From Bigelowiella natans CCMP2755 (Eukaryota > Protista > Cercozoa): DNA of 45,223 nucleotides. This document shows, one piece after another, positions 1 to 7,871 of the stretch (positions within the stretch are counted from its first letter, which is position 1; each line of letters starts with the position of its first letter). Below the pieces are notes generated by a model, which worked only from the letters and a program-made list of their open reading frames with translations, did no database searches and had not been told where the DNA came from. The stretch covers positions 1 through 45,223 of the forward strand of contig ADNK01000184.1 in the NCBI GenBank assembly GCA_000320545.1. The letters are read 5' to 3'. The position numbers and the translations under genes are program-made.

Positions 1-835
1 CCTTGTTACCTGCAGACTTTGAACGCTCGTCGCATTGAAGCTCCGACCCAACTCTTTGGGTTTCCGAATGCCCCATCCCCGACAAAAGTGAGGAACACCC
101 TGGTAGGGGGGGAGGGAAGGGGGGGGAATGGGAGGATCAGCGAGTCATCGATTCGTAGGAAAAGGAGTCGTTGTGAGATGTGGTGGTGTGTGCTGAATCT
201 CAAACAATCACCTTCTGGATCCCCCGCACGTTGCAGCATTTGCAATGCCGGCTAGCAAAGTTGCCTGTGATGGAATCAATTCACATCACCACAACCAACA
301 TGCTCGCGTGAATGCTCACACACTTCTCGGGCAACTACACAGCACACACGACACACACACACACACACACACGCCATTGACACATCAACACATGCACACA
401 TGTGTGTGCACATGCATGTGTGCACATGTGTGTGTGTGTGTGTGTGTGTGCATGACCGCCCAGTAGCGTTTTTCCTTGTTCTTGAGCTCATTCGCAAGCG
501 CTGAGAGGTTGTCGATTTGCCCATCTCTGACTTGCCCCCTCTCCTTCCCCATCTACCGACCGGTGCAAGAAGAAAAGAAGAGGTACACGTGACGATGATG
601 TTGCTGTTTGTGTGCCATCATTTTCAAATCTCCCCCCCCTTTCCCTCATTCTCTCCCACCTCCCTTTTGTCGCCAGTGCCTTCACAAAATGGTTGCGGTA
701 GGCGGTAGCAGGCCCAGCAGCAATGGCGCATGCGGGACCTGTCAGAGAGCATGAAATCGATCAAGAAGAATTTTTGTCAAACATTTCTCCTGAAGAGGCA
801 ATTCTCGGCTAATCACAAAACTTCTAGATTCCAAG

Positions 836-870
<35 letters not shown>

Positions 871-1757
871 CTCACCTTGGGTCACATCGTGAGCGTAGCT
901 CGCAACCCCATCCTCAGGGGTCACTGAAGGATTCACAAACTCGAGGCAATCAAATTGGGAGGCGACCTAAATCACACCATTCGCTCCAACAAACAAACGG
1001 CAAACCACAGCAACTGCTGCGACCAAGACGACAAAGCATGGAGGACCAAAAAAACTGCAGCCCCCTGATTGTTTGAATCTCTCTCTCTCTCTCTCACCCG
1101 AGCCCCTTTGACCCTTTCACCCCCCACCCCCCAATGAATGTCCAACAGTGGCACCTGGAACATCCCGCCTTTGCAGATCGACTCGCTGTGCAAGTTCAGA
1201 ATGTCATTTGTTGCAACATGCCGCACTTTCAGGTTGGTTTTCTTTCCGTCTCCTTTGGTCAAAAGCAATGAACATGGAGATGCAGCGCTAGCATGGCAGG
1301 TTGAAGTAGCAATGGTGGATTTGTGGGGAAGTGTCATTGAGTTTCGACTTGAAAAGAGATCATCACTGTCGCCTTGCAAAAAATGCAGCGAGGTGTGAGA
1401 ACTGAAAGGCAAAAAAAACACGCAAACTGCAACAACCTTCCGCTTCAGTCCACTGCCGGACGCCTTGAAGCGCTTGCCCTTTTTCTTTCCACTCTTTTTT
1501 TGCCCTCGCATGGGAAGGTAGGCTTGGGGTCAGGGTTCAATTGGTGGGAGGTTGTTGGACGAGCTAGATTCTTGGTTTTGGCGCCGAAATCGGAATTTGG
1601 CGCGGAAACAGAAAGCGCGGCCGAGTTTTTTTTGGAGTCATGGTGCAGCAAAACGTGTGCACCACAAGTTGAATTCAATGATGTTGTTGACAACATCGGG
1701 GATTTTGCTTGCGTGCGACAACATGGCCTCTGTGACTCATGGTGACATGGCACCATG
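1..1757 (-). pseudogene. Hypermutated multi-exon gene of the uncharacterised VASQFNxLE...TPEDG...DxTQGPACA...GxGAFGN family (possibly macrodomain/PARG-like); runs off the left window edge
   Basis: Spliced minus-strand exons read ...LNLHSESICKGGMFQ|VASQFDCLEFVNPSVTPEDGVASYAHDVTQG|PACAIAAGPATAYRNHFVK|MGKERGQVRDGQIDNLSALANELKNKEKRYWA|ATLLAGIANAATCGGSR|VFLTFVGDGAFGNPKSWVGASMRRAFKVC. Family recognised from memory of these motifs. QFN->QFD (951) and RNYF->RNHF (689-691) are TpA-type lesions. The 5' end is uncertain. Confidence 0.75.
388..450. repeat. Mixed CA/TG alternating tract, probably a decayed (TA)n microsatellite
   Basis: Strict purine/pyrimidine alternation (ACACATGCACACATGTGTGTGCACATGCATGTG...) in which every YR step is CA or TG, never TA or CG. 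Confidence 0.6.
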
Positions 1758-1842
1758 AGTCATGTTGCAATTCACCGAATCGACAAATTGCCAAAGACAC
1801 ATGGTGTCGGAAAGCGTGCCCCCCGACCAGTCGACCGCAGCT

Positions 1843-2040
1843 TGTGATGCGTAGCAACAGCTGACTCAGTGCAGTCGCTGCAATGCTCAATTGCAGCAGT
1901 CGCTGCAATGCTCAGCTGCAGCAGAACAGGACATGTCGCAAGAAGGTTCGCAGAATGTTCCGCAGCGCGCTCATGGCATCGTCACATGCACAAGTCGCGA
2001 CATGCAATTGAAACACAGCTCAATCAACCATCGACCTGCA
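1843..2040 (+). repeat. 5' LTR (198 bp)
   Basis: TGTGATGC...GACCTGCA. Identical to 6919-7116 except at 3 nt. Contains an internal ~25-bp tandem duplication (1871-1920). Confidence 0.96.
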
Positions 2041-2042
2041 TC

Positions 2043-2056
2043 TGGCTTCCACAAAC
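2043..2056 (+). promoter_or_regulatory. Putative primer-binding site
   Basis: TGG-initiated sequence (TGGCTTCCACAAAC) 2 nt after the 5' LTR. The cognate tRNA is not identified and the site may be mutated. Confidence 0.45.
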
Positions 2057-2080
2057 AAGGGAAACTGACACCCATTCACC

Positions 2081-5000
2081 ATGGCACAACCATCACGCAA
2101 GGAACTGCGCTTGGCGATCACCAATGCCATTGATGCATTCGCGCAGGACCCGGACGACGTCAAAGCACGGGAGGAAATGCTCGTCGCGCTGCGAAATGGG
2201 AAAGCAACCAAGCTAGAACTCGCGCTGATTCGCGGTGCCCTGATCAAGGAGCACGACCAATTCACGTTTGACGCCGCGGCCGAAGAGGTAGCGACGCATT
2301 TGTCCACGATCAGGCCGCCCACCAGGATCATCACGGCATGGAGGGACTTGTTCCAGCCTGCGACGAACAGCAGGAACTCCGACGTTGGTGACGACGTGAA
2401 GGCGCCTGCAGTGGAGAACAAGTCAAGGATCATCAAACCCACGGTGGTGAGCAAGGTCACGTTGAACCTGCCCACTTGCGATGGATCTCGCGGAGAGGCA
2501 CGCCGATGGTGGACAGACACCAAGGACAAACTCGAAGAAGCACATCCAGACGCGAACGACGCAGCGAAAACCACCTGGTTGATGTTGACAAAGAAATCTT
2601 TGGAGAACACATGCAAGTCAGGAAGCGAGCGCGTCAATCAATTGAAAACAGAACATGAGATGCAAGGGGGCACCGATGTCTGCGCGCCAATGGAGGAGTT
2701 CGTCAGTGAAATGGATCTCAACTCTCTCCCTGCACTGCCAAATGAATGGCGAGCTGTCCGGCAAAAGGATTCCGAAACTGCAATTGACCACCGAACGAGG
2801 TGCGTGAATCCAGTCCGAGACCCAGGTTGTCAAGGATGCAAGGTCACTGAGGAACAGAAACTTGCGATGTTCAAAAATGCGTTGTTGGTCAAGGCACACA
2901 TGCAATCCCTCGATGACACAAAGACAGACACATTCGCGAAAGCAGCATCAGAAGCGAACAACAAGGAAACATCCAACGATCAAAATGAGACAAAAGGATC
3001 GCTCAACATGATGAACAGGCACGGTGCACCCGAAACAGCAATGCATTTCAAAACTGACGAAAAGAGATGCGGGTGGTGCAAGGGGAAGGATTGTTGCACA
3101 CCTAGGTGCCCCAGGAAAGCACGTGGCTTGCCCGAAACCACTCAGAAAAGACTCAAAGACATCGAGAAAAAGAGGAAAGATGGAAGAGACAAACAGAAAG
3201 GTGCTCACCCAAGATCAAGACGGGGACGTCTCCACAACGTCAAAGCCAACGAGGTGCTCGCGGGCCTGCTCAAGCACCTCCGCGGGGAAGGCTCTGCGAA
3301 TGCTGCTCCCCACAAAACAACAAACTCCGGGTTGACTCGAGATGAAATCGCCCAGCTTCAAAGCACTTTGGGATCGCAGAGCGATCAAGACCTGTCCTCA
3401 GAAGAAATCGCCCAAGTTGTTGGATGCAACAACGCCTCCGAACAGATCCGCGATCTTGAGATGCCGACGGCTTCCGAAGGCAATGAAGGCCTCAAGATCT
3501 CCATGGCGAGGGCAAAGATGAACAATCGCAAGGTCACCGCACTTTTGGATTCTGGTTCGATTCCCCTGAGTCACATTGCAACAAAGAAGGCACAAGAGCT
3601 CGGCCTTTCAGGAAAAGCAAATGTCCACAGGTCAGATCATGGGACGGCAAAGAAGGGCGGCGGTTTCTCCTCCATGGGCACCCTTGAGACCGACGTGAGC
3701 ATCCCCGGTGCGACCGTGCGCCTCCCAGCCAAGCTGTGTGTCACCGGGGACATGTCAACAAACTGCATCCTGGGGTCCGATTTCCTTCACGCACACCAGG
3801 CGATCATTTCGCACCATCACGGAAAGACGTTCTTCCCGCGCCACAAAACCGAGGGGAAGATGGCATGCCTGCCCATGCTACCTGTTGGAAAATGGAAAGA
3901 ATCAGCGAATGCATCGTCCACCGACTTCGAACGCAACCCACCTGCGCCCAAGGAACATCAGGAACGTCACCCGAACAAGAACCTGCGCCAAATCGCCGAT
4001 TTGCTCGAGCGCACGCCAGCTTCTGACGACTGGTCCATGGAGGAGGGTGGAAGGTGTGTTCAGGCATTGTCAAAACGGAAGTGCAAAAATGTCACAATGC
4101 CCAGAAAAGGACCTTCACCTGACATTGACCCAGTGCGCATGGAGCTCAAGGAGGGACACGAAAATGACATCGTGCACGTGCCCGAGCCATCGAGACCACA
4201 AGTGGACCATGAGAAGACACGGTGGCAGGTTCAGAAATGGACAAACGACGGCAAAGTCGAACCCTCAACGTCTGGACATGACAGCCCGCTCATCCTCGCA
4301 AAGAAAGAAACATTCCCGCACTTCAGACTGGCACACAATCTGCGTCGCGTGAACAAGATGTTGAAGAGACGCCACTTCCCGGTGAGAAAGATCGACGAGA
4401 TGCTGGACGAGCTGACCATGATGAAGATCTTCACGACTCTGGATGAAAACGAGGCGTGCACACAGATCCCAATCCACAAGCAGTCTCGTCCTCTCACAGG
4501 ATTCTCAACTAGAGACGGCAAGTGGCACTTTCGAGTGTTCCCGCATGGGTCATCGATGTCCGGAGACTGTTTCAGCGAAGCTAGCTTTCGCGCCTACTCC
4601 CACGACGGCGGAGCTCTGCCATTGTGGATCTTCGTTTGGGTCCACATTGATGACGACTGCATGGGAACCGTGACAGTCGCAGCACACGTGTTTGTGTTGG
4701 AGTGCGTGTTTCTGAGATTGCAGCTCTTCGGGTTCACAACACGTGCACCCAAATCTCTGTTTTTGCAAACAGAAATCCCATGGGTCGGTCACCTGGTGTC
4801 ACACGGAAAGATCGCACCAGATCCGGCCAAAGTCGAACAGGTGCGCCAAATGGGGAAGCCCAAGAGCATGGCCGACCTGCGTTCGTTCCTAGCCATGGCA
4901 GGATGGATCCTCAAACGATGTGCGACCACGCACGCACAAACTGCTGCTGCGTTCACCACCGCCTGCCGCAAGCCCAACGACAAAGAGCCTTTTGCCAAGG

Positions 5001-6889
5001 TGTGGGGTGAAGCAAATTTGGATGAACCTTGCGACAAATTGAAAGGCATGATCAGCTCGGAATCAATGAGGAACACGTTCAACGAAGACGCAAAATCCAC
5101 AATCCTCTGGACCGACTGGTCCAAACTCGGCACAGCTGCTGTGCTCACCCAGGATGGTGACATCGTCAACGTCTGGGGGAGGTCGTGCAGTCCCGCGGAG
5201 AGTGGACATTCTCCTGCTGAAGGCGAACTGCTCGCCAGCACCGAGGGACAACTTCGTTTCCGACGACATCTGCCATCCTGTCGTCATGGTTTTGACCTTT
5301 GTGTCGACCACAGGCCACTGTTGGGCATTTGCAAAAACCATGAGACGGCCAACGAGCAGTTCGCCAATGTGAGGTCAAAGACTGAAGAGTTTGACGACAC
5401 CAGGCGAATCAGGTGTGTGCCTGGTGACGAACAGCTCGCAGACACATGGTCGCGTCCATTCCAGCGCCCACCTGCTGACTTTGTGCCCGACAACCTGCAC
5501 AATCTCTTCGAGGATGACTCAGGTTTTGTGCCTGACACAAAAGAGTCGGCGGCATCAGTTGTCGAAGCCAAACTGAAGAAGTTGCGCATCCGACGCCTCG
5601 AAGATCGCGTTGAAGTGTTCACTGGTGGAGAATGGAGAACTCGTGTGCCCAAGCGTCAACGATTGAGACTCTTGTGCGAAGCTCATGGCAATGATCATGC
5701 CAGCGACACCAACATGGCAATGCGCCTTTCAAAGCATCACTGGTCAAAGAAACCACCAGATTCCCGACAATGCATCCAGGGCTGCAAGTGTGCTGCTCTC
5801 AAAGCTGCAGGAACACCCCGACATGAAAGCAAATCATCCAAGTCTTCTGGGCGGATCTGCGCCAAAGAACGTTTCGATGTCGTCCAGATTGACATGTGCA
5901 AGCATTCCGGTGTGTGGTGCATGACTTTTGTCGACGTAGCCACTGGAGAACCGTGGATTCGCCGAATTTGCAAAGTCGGGATGGCGAAGAGAAACAAAGG
6001 TTTCCACAAAGCTGAAGTCCACAACGAACACAGACACTGGGAATCAGAGAACGGAACTCCTGAGAAGTTGCACGTCGACAACGAGGTTGCTCCAATCACA
6101 TTGCCTCATCCCAATGTGCAACCAGGTCCTGTTGACAGACCACAAAGTGACGCCATGGTGGAACGTCTGCATCGCGTCATCGCTACATTGTGCAGAGTTC
6201 ACGGGACAACTCCAGACAGCATTCGTCACTTGTTGCCATTCTTCACTCGTCCATCTGGGGGCGCATCCAAGAAGAAGGACGATTCAAAGACTGCAGTCAA
6301 GTGCGATGGACGGATCACAAAGACTGGAACTCTGGTCAGAGCAAGAAAACCCACCAGAAGCAGAGAGAAGGAAGATCCGTTCTGGAACAAGGTGGCCAAA
6401 GTCACGGAACGAATCGGCAAAAGAGTTCATCGCGTCTGGGACGGTGAGAGAGCATCTGACAGGTTCATTGATCACCTCAAGAATCATTCCATTGGTGATG
6501 ATGTTTTGCGACATGCTGAGATGAACGACAAGACATGGGATGTTGCCCGAGACACCATTGGAGCAAAGCCGGACTTCGACACAAGCTGCGACAACACTGA
6601 CTGTGGATTCGACGACGACTGGAAGAACAAGACCGTGTTTGCTGGACATCCAGGCAGAAGCAACATGGAAAGGCTGCTGAAGAAACTGAAGAGAGGAGAT
6701 TGTCGTTCAGTCCACGCTGCTGTGCCAGGACTGCAATGTGAACGTTGGTTTTCACAGCTCGAGGACTTGTCAGACAGTTGGCATGCTGTTGAGGTCAAAG
6801 ACGAAGACAACTTCTGGCAAGATGTCCAAGGAAGAGACTTCAGGGACGAAGCCATCGACTGGTGTCTCATGAAGTTCACTGCTGCTTGA
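2081..6889 (+). pseudogene. Gag-Pol polyprotein ORF (1602 aa), open but with degraded conserved motifs
   Basis: Zn-knuckle-like CGWCKGKDCCTPRC (3068-3109); protease LLDSGS (Asp 3548); RT LDENEACTQIP, FPHG, HIDD (4643); RNase H WTDWS, HSPAEGELLA, DHRPL, ADTWSR; integrase H-H-C-C, IDM, HVDNE, PQSDAMVERLHR. Only one Tyr in the whole ORF. Confidence 0.9.
6497..6889 (+). other. C-terminal domain resembling a degenerate phage-Dam/DIRS-type N6-adenine methyltransferase
   Basis: Pattern TW...IGAKPDFDTS..N..GFDDDWKNKTVFAGHPG..NMERLLKKLK......AAVP.LQCERWFSQL parallels F..I...G.P.IDLFAS..N...DAF..DW.....Y.NPP...I...L.K.......LVVP.W....WF..L. Alignment by eye only. Confidence 0.55.
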
Positions 6890-6910
6890 GAGCGCTGCAT
6901 CTTCGCGACT

Positions 6911-6918
6911 GGGGGAGG
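6911..6918 (+). promoter_or_regulatory. Polypurine tract
   Basis: GGGGGAGG directly abutting the TG of the 3' LTR. Confidence 0.8.
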
Positions 6919-7116
6919 TGTGATGCGCAGCAATGGCTGACTCAGTGCAGTCGCTGCAATGCTCAATTGCAGCAGTCGCTGCAATGCTCAGCTGCAGCAG
7001 AACAGGACATGTCGCAAGAAGGTTCGCAGAATGTTCCGCAGCGCGCTCATGGCATCGTCACATGCACAAGTCGCGACATGCAATTGAAACACAGCTCAAT
7101 CAACCATCGACCTGCA
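6919..7116 (+). repeat. 3' LTR (198 bp)
   Basis: Direct repeat of 1843-2040, followed by the TSD AGCT. Confidence 0.96.
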
Positions 7117-7279
7117 AGCTGACCCACCCGGCAAAGTGACCCCAAAGCCAGGAAGGCTGGGTGGGTGCAAACTGAGTCACCGCACGGCACCCTGTTCGTG
7201 TTGGAGTGCTTCGCACAGCGCACCGCACCCAGGCCGCGTGTGCGCGGAGCACGTGTCAGCGTGGTTGCAGCAGCAGCGC

Positions 7280-7319
7280 AATGAACAATGAACAATGATG
7301 AAAAACCACGTCTCCAAAG
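7280..7319. repeat. Dispersed short repeat, copy 1: (AATGAAC)n-AATGATGA..AACCACGTYTCCAAAG
   Basis: Near-identical to 23469-23521. Confidence 0.7.
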
Positions 7320-7871
7320 CAAGAGCAACGATGTGCTGTGTGGACTCAAAGTCCGCACGCGTGCACGCGCAAGAAAACACACGCACGCACTTGAAAAGCA
7401 CACGTGCTCTGTTCACGTCCACACGTGGACCAAACAAACTGCGACACGCACACCAAACGTCAACAAGTGCAGCTGCAGTGCACGGGCACGTGCAAAGCAG
7501 TTGGTGCACACGTCGTGGACGGCACGCACGCACGTGGACTTGAAGTCCACACGGTGCTGGCGTTTGCTGGCTGCGACAAGCTGGCAAGCAACCAGCACGA
7601 AACGAGAGTGCATGTGTGCAGCCGAAGTGTTCCAGTGTTGCGTGTGCGACAATTTCGGCAGCACCAGAGCACCGCGAGAAGTTTTCTTTGTGCGACAAAG
7701 TGAGCATTCTGGCATTCTTCCTTGGTGTTTGTGCGCTGCACGTGCACAATTTTTGTTCAAGGTGTTTTCGCCTGATCAAAGTGAGAACGTTGACTTGACG
7801 TTGCACGCAGTGAGCCCGTCTCGCCTTCAAGCAGCCAACTGCCCTCCATCGCCCTGCCCAGCTGGAGCCGT

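Larger units (their letters stand above)
1843..7116 (+). mobile_element. Full-length Ty3/gypsy-type LTR retrotransposon
   Basis: 198-bp TG...CA direct repeats at both ends, 4-bp target-site duplication AGCT (1839-1842 and 7117-7120), polypurine tract before the 3' LTR, internal ORF with order Gag-PR-RT-RNaseH-IN. Confidence 0.96.

Noticed and set aside
2081-6889. Alternative genetic code or extreme codon bias as the cause of Tyr absence
   Set aside because: Depletion is frame-independent and includes LTRs, introns and intergenic DNA. Neighbouring genes use TAY and TAA normally.
1843-7116. ADAR-type A-to-I editing or APOBEC-like editing of the retroelement RNA/cDNA
   Set aside because: Both A->G and T->C occur on the same strand, flanking host DNA outside the TSDs is equally affected, the LTRs diverged after insertion, and TAG (the ADAR-preferred context) is what survives.
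1843-7116. Classical RIP or CpG methylation decay
   Set aside because: RIP increases TpA and creates stops. CpG decay would deplete CG, which is plentiful here, and would not remove TA.
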